A stretch of DNA of 64,000 nt, from positions 1,112 to 65,111 of the forward strand of contig JBDROF010000043.1 of the NCBI GenBank assembly GCA_043810345.1. Reading direction: 5' to 3'. How positions within the stretch are numbered: the stretch's first letter is position 1; every line of letters starts with the position of its first letter. Positions 44,001 to 53,571 of the stretch are shown in pieces. Made by a program: the position numbers and the translations under genes. Below the pieces are notes generated by a model. That model saw nothing but the letters and a program-made list of their open reading frames with translations. It searched no databases and was not told the origin of the DNA. Origin of the DNA: Bacteroidota bacterium. GTDB taxonomy: Bacteria; Bacteroidota; Bacteroidia; Bacteroidales; FEN-979.

Positions 44001-45647
44001 TTACTTCGTCGCTGCTTCCAGTCGTTTCATGATAGAGAAGATGAACGCGGCAGAGACCAGACAGCAGACGACAAAGACCATCCATACCTGCCACAGTTCC
44101 AGCCTGACCCAAAGCGTCGTGCCAACGAACAGCAGCGCATTCCCAATAGCTGTAGCAGCAAGCCATCCGCCCTGCATGAGTCCCTGAAACCGCGGAGGTG
44201 CGACCTTCGACACAAACGAGAGCCCCATCGGGCTGAGGTACAATTCAGCTACTGTTAAAATAAAGTAAGTTCCCATCAGCCAGTAAGGAGATACCCGATC
44301 GGGCGCAGGGTTCCCCTGCAGATCAAGCGGTGAAACCACCGTAAAGGAGGCCAGCATCATCAGCACGAAACCCATTGCGGCCATGATCATGCCGCTCCCG
44401 ATCTTTCTGGGGGTTGAGGCCTCCTTATTCCGTTTCCGCTGCCAGGCAAACAATCCTACCACAATTGGAGTAAGGAAGACGATCAGAATGGGATTGAACT
44501 GCTGGAATGTTTCGGGCTCGATCATATTGGCATTGCTAAACGTACCATAGAAGTACCATAAAAGCAATGTTCCGGCAACCAGAACAGCAGCTCCCACCAC
44601 ACGCATAATCGCTTTCATTCCTTTTCGTACAAGCATGACAATTCCAACGATGACTCCGATCAGTGACAGTAAAGCGGGCAGATAGAAAAATATAAATGTG
44701 AGCGGACCTACTGTTTTATCCGTGTAATCCCTGGCAAAAAGTGTCAGGGTAAGTCCGTTCTGGTGGAACGACATCCAGAAGAAAATAACGACCAGAAATA
44801 CCAGGCCCAGCGCAATAAGTCTTTTCTTCTCCTGAGCCCAGGGCATCTGGATGATGGATGCATCCTTCTGCACCATTTTTTTCCGGTCGGGAAGATGCCG
44901 TTTGAATCCCAGGTAGATTAACAGGGATACAACCATGGCAAGAGAGGCAATCCCGAAGGCATAGTTGTAGCCGGTGGAGAACACATGAATATATTCCTGG
45001 GCAAATTGCATCAGGTCGGCCACAGGTTGTCCCGAAAGCATAACTTTATCAGCAAGAGGTTGCATGGCAGAAGTATCAACCATGTTCCCGTCAATCAGGC
45101 GATGACAAAGAGCCGGCAGGTCTGGATCATATCCGTAGCCATTGGTATGTAGCCACCAGGTCCGGATAGCCCGGGCTGCACTGGGGGCGAAAAAAGCTCC
45201 GATGTTAATACCCATGTAAAATACGCTGAATGCGGAGTCCCTGAGTTTTCCATATTTCTCATTATCATACAACTGGCCAACCAATGCCTGCAGGTTCCCT
45301 TTGAACAATCCATTCCCAAAGGCAATGGTGAATAAACCGAGGATGGTGAAGGCGAGACCCATGCCAGGAATGACCAGCAGTGCATATCCCAGAAACATAA
45401 CCACCTGTCCGACCATGATGGTCCCTTTGTAATTCTGGGTGCGGTCGGCTATGAATCCTCCCAATAAAGCCAGGGCATAAATCGAAAAATAAAATATAGC
45501 ATAGATAATTCCGGCCTCATCGGCTGGTAGTCCATATCTTGCTTGTAGAAACAGAACCAGGATCGCCATCATGGTGTAAAACCCGAATCGCTCTCCCATG
45601 TTAGCGAAGAAGGCTACGTAAAGTCCTTTAGGATGTCCTTTGAACAT
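44001..45647 (-). CDS. proton-dependent oligopeptide transporter (POT/PTR2 family MFS)
   Basis: ATG at 45647 gives MFKGHPKGLYVAFFANMGERFGFYTMMAIL (PTR2 signature), followed by about 14 TM helices. Confidence 0.9.
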   Translation of the reverse strand: MFKGHPKGLYVAFFANMGERFGFYTMMAILVLFLQARYGLPADEAGIIYAIFYFSIYALALLGGFIADRTQNYKGTIMVGQVVMFLGYALLVIPGMGLAFTILGLFTIAFGNGLFKGNLQALVGQLYDNEKYGKLRDSAFSVFYMGINIGAFFAPSAARAIRTWWLHTNGYGYDPDLPALCHRLIDGNMVDTSAMQPLADKVMLSGQPVADLMQFAQEYIHVFSTGYNYAFGIASLAMVVSLLIYLGFKRHLPDRKKMVQKDASIIQMPWAQEKKRLIALGLVFLVVIFFWMSFHQNGLTLTLFARDYTDKTVGPLTFIFFYLPALLSLIGVIVGIVMLVRKGMKAIMRVVGAAVLVAGTLLLWYFYGTFSNANMIEPETFQQFNPILIVFLTPIVVGLFAWQRKRNKEASTPRKIGSGMIMAAMGFVLMMLASFTVVSPLDLQGNPAPDRVSPYWLMGTYFILTVAELYLSPMGLSFVSKVAPPRFQGLMQGGWLAATAIGNALLFVGTTLWVRLELWQVWMVFVVCCLVSAAFIFSIMKRLEAATK

Positions 45648-45810
45648 GATAATACTGATGTTTGTGAATACTTTATTAATTCCTGAAAAAGGGATCTGCA
45701 AAAATAAACATTTTTGTATACCGGCAAGGGCTGCATTCCTTATTGGTATATTTTTAGCTAATTTTATTCTCTGCTGTAATATTTTATTGTCATCATCGTC
45801 TACCCCTCAC

Positions 45811-46326
45811 ATGAATCTCCAGGAATTTGTATCCCAGGTTGTTCCGCTGAAAAATAAACTATTCCGGTTCGCTAAACGATACCTGGAACAAAAAGAAGAA
45901 GCAGAGGATGTCGTTCAGGAGGTCTTTATCAAATTATGGACCCGCCGGGATAAACTGGATGAATACAGGAGCGTGGAGGCGCTGGCCATGATTACAACCA
46001 AAAATATGTGCCTGGATAGGATCAAAACCAAACGATTTCCGGTTGATCCGATCGATGACCACCAACGGTTTCTGGAAAACCTGCCGGAAGAACAGAAAAA
46101 AGACTACTCCGATGAGATCTACAAAGTAAGGCAAGTAATGAAGTCATTGCCCCGGCAACAACAGATGATTATGCAGCTGAGAGATATAGAAGGATATGAT
46201 TTTGAGTCGATTGCAGAGATCATGGAGATGAATGAAAACGCGGTTCGTGTGAACCTCTCGCGGGCACGGAAACACATAAGGGAATTGATAACAACAGCCA
46301 AGATATATGACTATCAAAGAAATTGA
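45811..46326 (+). CDS. ECF (sigma-70 family group IV) sigma factor
   Basis: ATG at 45811. Region 2 DVVQEVFIKLW and region 4 LPRQQQMIMQLRDIEGYDFESIAEIMEMNENAVRVNLSRARKHI. The upstream 57 codons in the ORF track are AT-rich non-coding sequence. Confidence 0.85.
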   Translation: MNLQEFVSQVVPLKNKLFRFAKRYLEQKEEAEDVVQEVFIKLWTRRDKLDEYRSVEALAMITTKNMCLDRIKTKRFPVDPIDDHQRFLENLPEEQKKDYSDEIYKVRQVMKSLPRQQQMIMQLRDIEGYDFESIAEIMEMNENAVRVNLSRARKHIRELITTAKIYDYQRN

Positions 46327-46888
46327 AGCCTTACTGGCAAAGTATTACGAAGGGGAGACCTCCCTCCTGGAAGAACATCTTTTGAAAGAGTACTTCCAGG
46401 GAGAGAATATCCCCATTCACCTTCTGGAGCACAAACCGATTTTCGGCTTCGTTTCGGTAGAGGCAAAAACAACACTCTCGCCGGAATTCGAAACATCCCT
46501 GCAGGAGAAACTCGGAAATAGTCGAGTTGTCTCCATGAATCCCACCAGAAAACGCTTCCTTTTCACCCTCTCACTGGCGGCAAGTATCATTCTGATTGCC
46601 GGTCTGATTACCCTATTCCGGTTGGGGATTTTCTCACCCTCCCAGCCCTATGGGACCATCACAGATCCTCAGATCGCCTATACCGAAACCAGGAATGCCC
46701 TCTACCTCGTGAGTTCCCGATTCAATATCGGTCTCAGCCAGATGCAACACCTCGAAGCATTCAATACCGGTCTAAGCCGGGCACAGCAACTGCAGAGGTT
46801 CAATTCCGGTTTGAAGGAAATAACTAAAATCAATCAACTTGAACAATATCAACCCATAATTATAAACCCCGGACGAATCCCGAAATAA
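46307..46888 (+). CDS. single-pass membrane protein, putative anti-sigma factor
   Basis: Overlaps the sigma gene by 20 nt. Cytoplasmic N-terminal segment, then one TM helix (FLFTLSLAASIILIAGLITLF). The role is inferred from position only. Confidence 0.4.
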   Translation: MTIKEIEALLAKYYEGETSLLEEHLLKEYFQGENIPIHLLEHKPIFGFVSVEAKTTLSPEFETSLQEKLGNSRVVSMNPTRKRFLFTLSLAASIILIAGLITLFRLGIFSPSQPYGTITDPQIAYTETRNALYLVSSRFNIGLSQMQHLEAFNTGLSRAQQLQRFNSGLKEITKINQLEQYQPIIINPGRIPK

Positions 46889-46910
46889 CCGTCCATAAAT
46901 CCCAGATCCG

Positions 46911-47483
46911 ATGAAAGCAATGACAATCAAAGCAGGTTTACTCATATGCATGGTCTTGCCGTTGATGAGCATGGCACAGTATAAAAGTCCGGTAGAGAAG
47001 GTGTATGAAAAATATGCCGGAAAAGAAGGATTCACCTCCGTGAACGTCACCAAAGAGCTTTTCCAGATGATCATGAATGTGGAGATCGAAGGTGAAGGCA
47101 CGGAAGAGGTCAAGGAATTGCAGAAGATGATGGAGCAGCTCGATGGCCTCAAAGTCATCACGTTCGAAAATAAAGAAGATCCGGAAAAAGCCAAAGCGCT
47201 ATACAAAGAGTTCAACGCCCTCTTTCCATCCTCCTCTTTCGCTGAAATAATGGTGATCAAAGAGAATGGAAGTAACATCAGGTTCCTGACCAAACAGGGC
47301 GAAAAAGGAAAAATACTGGAGCTGGTGATGCTGGCAGAAGAGAAAGGAGAGGTGACCGTTCTGAGTCTGGTCGGCAGAATCGACATGTCCACTGTCTCTA
47401 AACTATCTGGCAAAATGAAAATCCATGGCATGGATAAGCTGGATAAGATAGAAAAGGAGGGTCAGAAGCAAAAAACAAAGTGA
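46911..47483 (+). CDS. DUF4252-domain periplasmic protein
   Basis: Signal peptide. YEKYAGKEGFTSVNVTKELFQMI and the overall length fit DUF4252, which commonly follows ECF sigma/anti-sigma pairs in Bacteroidota. Confidence 0.6.
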   Translation: MKAMTIKAGLLICMVLPLMSMAQYKSPVEKVYEKYAGKEGFTSVNVTKELFQMIMNVEIEGEGTEEVKELQKMMEQLDGLKVITFENKEDPEKAKALYKEFNALFPSSSFAEIMVIKENGSNIRFLTKQGEKGKILELVMLAEEKGEVTVLSLVGRIDMSTVSKLSGKMKIHGMDKLDKIEKEGQKQKTK

Positions 47484-47485
47484 CC

Positions 47486-47513
47486 TCATTCTTCATTCCT
47501 CATTCCTCATTTA
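47486..47513. repeat. tandem heptamer CTCATTC x4
   Basis: ctcattc ttcattc ctcattc ctcattt. It fills the convergent gap, and the last unit contains the stop codon (47511-47513, complement) of the HhH-barrel gene. Same units as 34074-34087. Confidence 0.9.
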
Positions 47514-49574
47514 CAGCTTTACCCTCACCTGAACCTTCAACTCCGATTTCAGGTTCCCGTCGATCTGCTCCAGATCATTACCGATAGTGGTTCGATCGGT
47601 ATATCTGGTGACACCCAACCAACCCGAAAGCTCTATTCGCCTGGCTATAGCCGCCTGGATCAGCAATACGCACCGGATACCCTTTCCATAACAGACTGGC
47701 GACGACCAGCTGTAGAGCACATCAGGTTCATACGTATAGATCCTGGCGTTGTAATAGGGAATGTCGAAAAGGATGTATTTCACCCGTACTCCCTGAAATA
47801 CACCCGCCCTGCGGTATCTAATCTCCTGACTGGCAAGATACCCTGTCTCTCTTTTTTGATCCGTGATGCGATAGTTCCGTAATACGAGACAGCTTCTTAA
47901 GGAAACCGTGGGACTGGCGGTGATGTTGCATTCCACCTTCAGGTCACTTTTCCTCTCTTCTGTCAGGGGCGTGGTGTTCCCTACGGACAAGCGGCTGTTT
48001 ACCTCTCCTCTCTTCAGGCTGTACTTCAACGAGAGAGACCAGAAAGGGGATACCTGGTAATGTCCGAGCAAGCCCGCCTCCACGCCGTCAGAGGGTCCAT
48101 TGACCTGGTACCGGAGCCAGGGAAACCGGTAGAGATCAATATATCCGCTGACAGTTGTTTTTGGAATGAGTTGAGTTTGTAACCTGATGAAGAGCCCCTG
48201 CTCATTGGCAGTCGCACTGTTCTGTGAAATCGCTGTGGAAAACGGGTTTTGGAATTCAGGCTGATAGCTACGGCAGAGAAGTAACAGATCCACACCCGAC
48301 AGTGGAACCACTGAGACCCCAGCCAACCAGGCTTTTCCTCCGTTAAGACTGATACTATACTCTCCAAAAAACTGGGCAAAACCAATCCGGCAACGTCCGT
48401 CGAATCCCAGAGCACCAAACCTGGCACCCTGTAATCCAAAATATTTATATACTTCTGGTGTTGGTTGAAGGGAAGCACTCCACGTACCATAAAAACCGGT
48501 CAAACCAATGAGAAAAAACCGGCCACGGTAACTAATGTGTCCCCCATAGACCCACTCTCGGACCTGCTTTCTTCGATTCATCTCTTCCTGGGTACGGTGG
48601 TATCCGGTTTCCGTAAATGAGCTGATAACAGGAGACAACACCTCACTTGTATCAACCGGATGCACCAAAGCATCTTTGTAAGTATCGGAAACAAATCCCG
48701 ACCATTCCCACCTGCCGGTCCTGATTGTGACCGCTATACCTCGCAAAAATCCATTTTCACACACAGATTGTGAAGGGGCGAATCCGGCGTTGTATCGCAT
48801 CGCGCTCCCAAAATAGACCAACGATCCGAACGAATTGCCTCCCAGGGTCAATCCTTGTCCGAAGGAAACCCTGAAGTGCCCCACGGTCAGTTGTTTCAGC
48901 CAATGGAGGTTCTGTAATGAGAGGAATCCGGAGTAAAAATCCATTCCCATGGGCTGACCTCCCCGGAAGAACTCCTCTCCGGCATCCTTGTCGCCCGAAA
49001 TGCCCACCACCAGCCGGTCGGCAAAAGTATATCGGTACCGGAAGTAGTATCGCTGCGGACTCCCCAGATAATAGGTTCCCGGTTCCTCCTGCCGGGTGGA
49101 ATCATCGTCCTGGTATCCTGCCTGCGTTTGTAATACCTGCTGGTACCGGAGAATTAATTCATGGTGTCCGTGACGGATGAGATTCCGGGGAGTCAGGTGA
49201 ACCTTGTCAGGTGGAGCGCCAACCTCCAGGTAAGAAGTCAGCTGCCGTATGAGGGTGGAATCAAACCCCTCCACTGCTTGCAGTTCATACATGGAAAATA
49301 CTTCGCCATAGTTATTGAGGTAATCGATCAGGTTTTTAATTTGCTTGGGATTAAGAAAGGATATCCTGGAAAGGTCGTTTGGATCAAGCCGATTGATGTT
49401 GATCTTTTTTTGCAGGGCTGAATATGTGAGAACCTCCTCCTCGTCTGGTTCCAGATCACGGGATTCTGAATAGGATTCCAACATCTCGTCTAGAAACATA
49501 TTCTCCACTTCTTGCGATATCCCTTGAGTAAGGCCCGATAACAGGCAAATCAATAGTATGACTCTCGTTTTCAT
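47511..49574 (-). CDS. outer-membrane beta-barrel protein with an N-terminal ComEA-like helix-hairpin-helix domain
   Basis: Signal peptide. ININRLDPNDLSRISFLNPKQIKNLIDYLNNYGEVFSMYELQAVEGFDSTLIRQLTSYL follows the ComEA HhH pattern. The remaining ~550 aa are beta-rich and end in ..VQVRVKL. Confidence 0.6.
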   Translation of the reverse strand: MKTRVILLICLLSGLTQGISQEVENMFLDEMLESYSESRDLEPDEEEVLTYSALQKKININRLDPNDLSRISFLNPKQIKNLIDYLNNYGEVFSMYELQAVEGFDSTLIRQLTSYLEVGAPPDKVHLTPRNLIRHGHHELILRYQQVLQTQAGYQDDDSTRQEEPGTYYLGSPQRYYFRYRYTFADRLVVGISGDKDAGEEFFRGGQPMGMDFYSGFLSLQNLHWLKQLTVGHFRVSFGQGLTLGGNSFGSLVYFGSAMRYNAGFAPSQSVCENGFLRGIAVTIRTGRWEWSGFVSDTYKDALVHPVDTSEVLSPVISSFTETGYHRTQEEMNRRKQVREWVYGGHISYRGRFFLIGLTGFYGTWSASLQPTPEVYKYFGLQGARFGALGFDGRCRIGFAQFFGEYSISLNGGKAWLAGVSVVPLSGVDLLLLCRSYQPEFQNPFSTAISQNSATANEQGLFIRLQTQLIPKTTVSGYIDLYRFPWLRYQVNGPSDGVEAGLLGHYQVSPFWSLSLKYSLKRGEVNSRLSVGNTTPLTEERKSDLKVECNITASPTVSLRSCLVLRNYRITDQKRETGYLASQEIRYRRAGVFQGVRVKYILFDIPYYNARIYTYEPDVLYSWSSPVCYGKGIRCVLLIQAAIARRIELSGWLGVTRYTDRTTIGNDLEQIDGNLKSELKVQVRVKL

Positions 49575-50407
49575 TCTTCTGAAGAAAAATTCTTGCCAAA
49601 GGAATACCCTATTGAAATCGCCGGTGAAAATCCCAACACCATATGATACTCTGTCGCGATATCCACTACCAACCGCCCCAGGGTCACCCCGATACCCCCT
49701 GTTACCATAAAAGGACCCGTTAGCATACCAATCCTGCCATACACCGGTTTAGCCAGCCGAACCTCCAGGCCTGTTTTCAACACCAGCGGATGTTCCAGGT
49801 CCTTCTCTCCCTCCAACAGGATCAGCACCTTTCCCGATAGATCATACCCGACCCCAAGCCGAAAAAGTACCGGCAACCGTTCTTCCGGACCACTGGTGAG
49901 CTTCACCGGCACTGGATTGCAGACCTGCATTCCAATCGTCCAGAACCGGTCAGGTTTGTACATCCAACCGATCTCACAGGAGAGTACCCCCCGGCTGCCA
50001 TACCCTTCAGCAATCTGAAGCCGGAAGTACTGGAGCTGCACTCCCATACTGAACCGCTTCCCGAACTTCCGGGCATAGGAAATTCCTGCTTTGAACTCGT
50101 TGTATAACCGGAATCCATGGTAAGAGAGCACCAGCCCGAAAGCTCCCGGCTTGCCCGACCAGGATAATGCCAGCGCTTCAAAACAAAGCTCCTTCATAAG
50201 AAACCGGTTTTCTGCAAACAAACCAGCTTGCCACCCGTCCTGCCAGATCATACCGGCCTGGTTAGTGGATACTGACCAGATACCTGGCACTGCAACAGCA
50301 GCTCTTCCCATGGCTGCCGCTCTCCCTCCTGGGAGAGATTCTCCTTCCGAACCCAGTACACTGACTGCTATGGAAAGAGCGATCAATCCGATAAAAATCC
50401 ACTTCAT
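49571..50407 (-). CDS. PorV/PorQ-family-like outer-membrane beta-barrel protein
   Basis: Signal peptide. LPGGRAAAMGRAAVAVPGIWSVSTNQAGM resembles the PorQ/PorV N-terminal signature. Overlaps the downstream HhH-barrel gene by 4 nt. Confidence 0.4.
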   Translation of the reverse strand: MKWIFIGLIALSIAVSVLGSEGESLPGGRAAAMGRAAVAVPGIWSVSTNQAGMIWQDGWQAGLFAENRFLMKELCFEALALSWSGKPGAFGLVLSYHGFRLYNEFKAGISYARKFGKRFSMGVQLQYFRLQIAEGYGSRGVLSCEIGWMYKPDRFWTIGMQVCNPVPVKLTSGPEERLPVLFRLGVGYDLSGKVLILLEGEKDLEHPLVLKTGLEVRLAKPVYGRIGMLTGPFMVTGGIGVTLGRLVVDIATEYHMVLGFSPAISIGYSFGKNFSSEE

Positions 50408-50487
50408 GTTTTCGATTTCCCATTAATCCGGAAAAAGGGGAAAAGGTTATACCTCGATCCAGAGTTTTTTTCCTCTTTCATATCCTT

Positions 50488-50495
50488 TACTTTTG
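50488..50495 (+). promoter_or_regulatory. candidate -7 box TActTTTG
   Basis: Matches TAnnTTTG, 18 nt upstream of the ATG at 50513. Confidence 0.35.
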
Positions 50496-50512
50496 CAGGA
50501 AACATTTATCAT

Positions 50513-51172
50513 ATGACAGAACTGGTATTATCGTTCCTCGAAGAGCTGGAACAAAACAACACCCGCGACTGGTTTCATGCAAATAACGGGTGGTATAATG
50601 AAGCGAAACTTGAAGTGGAGAAACTGGTAAACACCTTGATCCCGGGAGTAGCCAGGTTTGACCCCTCCGTGAAATTTATCACCGCCAAAGAGTGCATGTT
50701 CAGGATTTTCCGGGATGTCCGCTTCTCTAAGGATAAAGTGCCATATAAAAATAATTTCGGAGCCTGGATCACGAAAACAGGAAGAAAAAGCTGTGGACCA
50801 GGATACTACATCCATATTCAACCCGGGGAGTCGTTCCTGGCAGCAGGAATCTATATGCCTGATCCTGAAAAGTTGAAAAAGATCCGGCAGGAAATCTATT
50901 TCAACATTGCCGAATTCAAAGCGATTCTGGAGAGGAGAGAGCTAAGGAAGTATGTAAAGGGGGTGGACGAAATGGACCGTTTAAAGAAACCACCCAAAGG
51001 TTTCCCTGCCGATTTTCCCGATATCGAGATCCTGAAGAACAAACACTTCACCGTCTCGTCCTACTTGTCAGAAAAACAACTTTCTGAACCCACATTTCCT
51101 GAATTTACATTGAAGGTCTTCCAGGCGATGCACCCGTTCAATGCCTTTCTGGGAAAAGCGATTGATGGATAA
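50513..51172 (+). CDS. DUF2461 (TIGR02453) family protein
   Basis: FLEELEQNNTRDWFHANNGWY, RIFRDVRFSKDKVPYK and GYYIHIQPGESFLAAG are the family hallmarks. Confidence 0.8.
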   Translation: MTELVLSFLEELEQNNTRDWFHANNGWYNEAKLEVEKLVNTLIPGVARFDPSVKFITAKECMFRIFRDVRFSKDKVPYKNNFGAWITKTGRKSCGPGYYIHIQPGESFLAAGIYMPDPEKLKKIRQEIYFNIAEFKAILERRELRKYVKGVDEMDRLKKPPKGFPADFPDIEILKNKHFTVSSYLSEKQLSEPTFPEFTLKVFQAMHPFNAFLGKAIDG

Positions 51173-51183
51173 TGGAGGAATGA

Positions 51184-51843
51184 TCAGGTCAAGTGTCCGA
51201 TCACGGTCTGTTTTCCAACCACCTCTTTCCCGATCCTGATATCGATTTCAGTATCAACTGGTAAAAGCAGGTCCACACGGGATCCGAATTTGATAAATCC
51301 CAGTTCGTCACCCTGGATCACCGGCTCCCCAACCACCGGATAGCACTTCACCCGGCGGGCAACGGCGCCCGCAATCTGCCGGATCAGGATCTCTTTGCCA
51401 TCTTCCGTTTCAATCACCGTAGTGGTACGTTCATTCTCCAACGAAGCCTTGGGAGAGAAAGCCACCATATGTTTCCCCGGATGGTAATGGTAATAGGTAA
51501 TATTTCCTGAGATTGGGAACCAGTTCACATGAACGTCCCGGGCCGACATGAAGATCGATACCTGGATGCGCTCCTCTTTAAAAAACTCCGGCTCCATGGT
51601 CAGTTCAATCACCACTACCTTGCCGTCAGCCGGGGAAATGATGACCTTTTTGCCTCTATTCACCTCCCGTTTCGGGGAGCGAAAAAAACGCACGATCATC
51701 AGGAAAAACCACAACCCCAACGCATAGAGAAAATAATGAAACCAGGTTTGCTCCGGAAAAATGTGGTTCAGCGTCAGCAGTACCACGGCTACAAAAAGGA
51801 ACACAATGAAAATGGTCTTGTATCCTTCGCGGTGTATGGTCAT
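51184..51843 (-). CDS. psd: phosphatidylserine decarboxylase (short Bacteroidota type)
   Basis: ATG at 51843. N-terminal TM helices, and GDELGFIKFGSRVDLLLP containing the G-S self-cleavage site. Confidence 0.85.
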   Translation of the reverse strand: MTIHREGYKTIFIVFLFVAVVLLTLNHIFPEQTWFHYFLYALGLWFFLMIVRFFRSPKREVNRGKKVIISPADGKVVVIELTMEPEFFKEERIQVSIFMSARDVHVNWFPISGNITYYHYHPGKHMVAFSPKASLENERTTTVIETEDGKEILIRQIAGAVARRVKCYPVVGEPVIQGDELGFIKFGSRVDLLLPVDTEIDIRIGKEVVGKQTVIGHLT

Positions 51844-51847
51844 GGGA

Positions 51848-52693
51848 TCAGAGCAGGTTGCGTAAAACGAGGTACAAAAATACAAAAGGAACGGAGATAA
51901 AGATCGTATCAAAGCGATCCAGGATGCCCCCGTGACCGGGCAGAATGGAACCTGACTCTTTGATGTTCAAACTGCGTTTGAAGAGTGATTCGGCCAGATC
52001 GCCAAAAGTTCCGAAGAGGATGATCAGGATGGCGATAGCCAGCCAGTCGCCCAGGGAGATTACCGGGGTAAGATAATCCAATCCGACCGCTGTAAGAAGT
52101 GCCACGATCACACCTGCGATGGTTCCTTCCCATGTCTTTTTTGGGGAGATCCGTTCAAAAAATTTATGCTTGCCAAACTGTTTTCCATATAGGTAAGCTC
52201 CGGTATCGTAAAACCAGGTCAGGATAAAGAATCCAGTAAGAATGACCGGGAACTGCCAGAAGCGGGCAACATCCTTTCCGTTCATCAGGGTTAGCAGAGC
52301 CAGGGGGAAGGAAATGTAAAGGAGACCGGTGATCGTAATGGCTACGTTGATTAAGGGTTGTGGTTGTTTTCTGAAGATCTCCAGAATAAACGGAATGAAG
52401 AAGAGTGGAATTGCCATCAACACCGGTACAAAAACCTGGTTGATGGTGGTAACGGGAAGTTCAAACCAGATCCCGCAGGTGATGATGAGGTAAAGCAGGC
52501 CGCCACCGATAGTTCCGTATATTCGTTGTGGTCGGATGGTTTCCGTGGTAAACAGGGAATAGAACTCCCACAATCCGAAGATGGTAACCAGGAAAAAGAA
52601 CCCGACCAGAAGCCAGTAGCTGAAAACCATGGCTGCAAACAGTACAAAGACCATGGAGAGTCCCGTTATGGTTCGTGCCCAGAAATTACTCAT
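51848..52693 (-). CDS. cdsA: phosphatidate cytidylyltransferase
   Basis: 281 aa, polytopic. C-terminal signature SLFKRSLNIKESGSILPGHGGILDRFD. Confidence 0.9.
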   Translation of the reverse strand: MSNFWARTITGLSMVFVLFAAMVFSYWLLVGFFFLVTIFGLWEFYSLFTTETIRPQRIYGTIGGGLLYLIITCGIWFELPVTTINQVFVPVLMAIPLFFIPFILEIFRKQPQPLINVAITITGLLYISFPLALLTLMNGKDVARFWQFPVILTGFFILTWFYDTGAYLYGKQFGKHKFFERISPKKTWEGTIAGVIVALLTAVGLDYLTPVISLGDWLAIAILIILFGTFGDLAESLFKRSLNIKESGSILPGHGGILDRFDTIFISVPFVFLYLVLRNLL

Positions 52694-52928
52694 CCGTCAG
52701 AAACTGTTTCAGGATCTGCTGCGCCCGAAGCACATGATCCAGTTTCACATACAATTCTATATCTCCAAATAAATAAGCCGAGTCCTGTTTATTAATGATC
52801 ACTACTGGAATATCACTCTCCTCCAGTAACCCTTTCAGGATCTCTACCTTGTAAAGGATCTTGTTGGCGAATAAACACACCCACCGTTCCTGGTTTTGTT
52901 CAGGTGCTGGCATGGGTGATGTTTTCAA
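52686..52928 (-). CDS. DUF2007-domain small protein
   Basis: 80 aa. The pattern VCLFANKILYKVEILKGLLEESDIPVVIINKQDS...ELYV fits DUF2007. Confidence 0.5.
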   Translation of the reverse strand: MKTSPMPAPEQNQERWVCLFANKILYKVEILKGLLEESDIPVVIINKQDSAYLFGDIELYVKLDHVLRAQQILKQFLTDE

Positions 52929-53556
52929 TCAGGAATACATACAACTCCCTGGGGCCGTGTGCACCCATCACCAGTGTCTTTTCAATGTCGGCTGTCCGGC
53001 TGGGACCTGTGATCAGGGAGATCATGGAGGGAAAATCATCACCATACTTTTTCCGGATCAGTTTGTAGGCCTGCTTCAGACCCGGAACCAGTTGCGAGGT
53101 AAATCCGACCACTACGTGAATTTCCGGAAAAACCACAATCTTCCGTCCCGGGTTTAGTTTTGATGATACCATGATACTCCCAAACCTGGCAATCAGGGAT
53201 TCACAGCGTGTAATCCCCATCCGTGCTTTCGTGATCATGGCCGGATCTGATTCAAACGGGATGCCGGCCTCTTTCAGATAATTCTGGAGGAGAGGATCCA
53301 GGCAATAAAGCAGGGGCCAATCCTTCTCCAGAATAAAGGATTTCAATACCCCCAGGAATTCATCCTCACTTTCGCAATAAACAAACTTTCCGGCCGCGCT
53401 CACCAGTGCCTGGGCAAAGGTTACATCCAGGGTGTCTGTGATCTCAGGATAAACATCCGATTCCTGATCCAGGATTGGGAAAGGAGGATCGCCTTTCTCG
53501 ATCAACGCATGCCGGATCTTTTTCAGGATCTTCTCCCGTGATGTGCTCTCTTCCAT
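52900..53556 (-). CDS. LUD-domain (LutC/YkgG-like) protein
   Basis: 218 aa. SREKILKKIRHAL N-terminus, GITRCESLIARFGSIMVSS and LITGPSRTADIE blocks. Confidence 0.65.
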   Translation of the reverse strand: MEESTSREKILKKIRHALIEKGDPPFPILDQESDVYPEITDTLDVTFAQALVSAAGKFVYCESEDEFLGVLKSFILEKDWPLLYCLDPLLQNYLKEAGIPFESDPAMITKARMGITRCESLIARFGSIMVSSKLNPGRKIVVFPEIHVVVGFTSQLVPGLKQAYKLIRKKYGDDFPSMISLITGPSRTADIEKTLVMGAHGPRELYVFLIENITHAST

Positions 53557-53571
53557 TACAGGAAATTGCGA

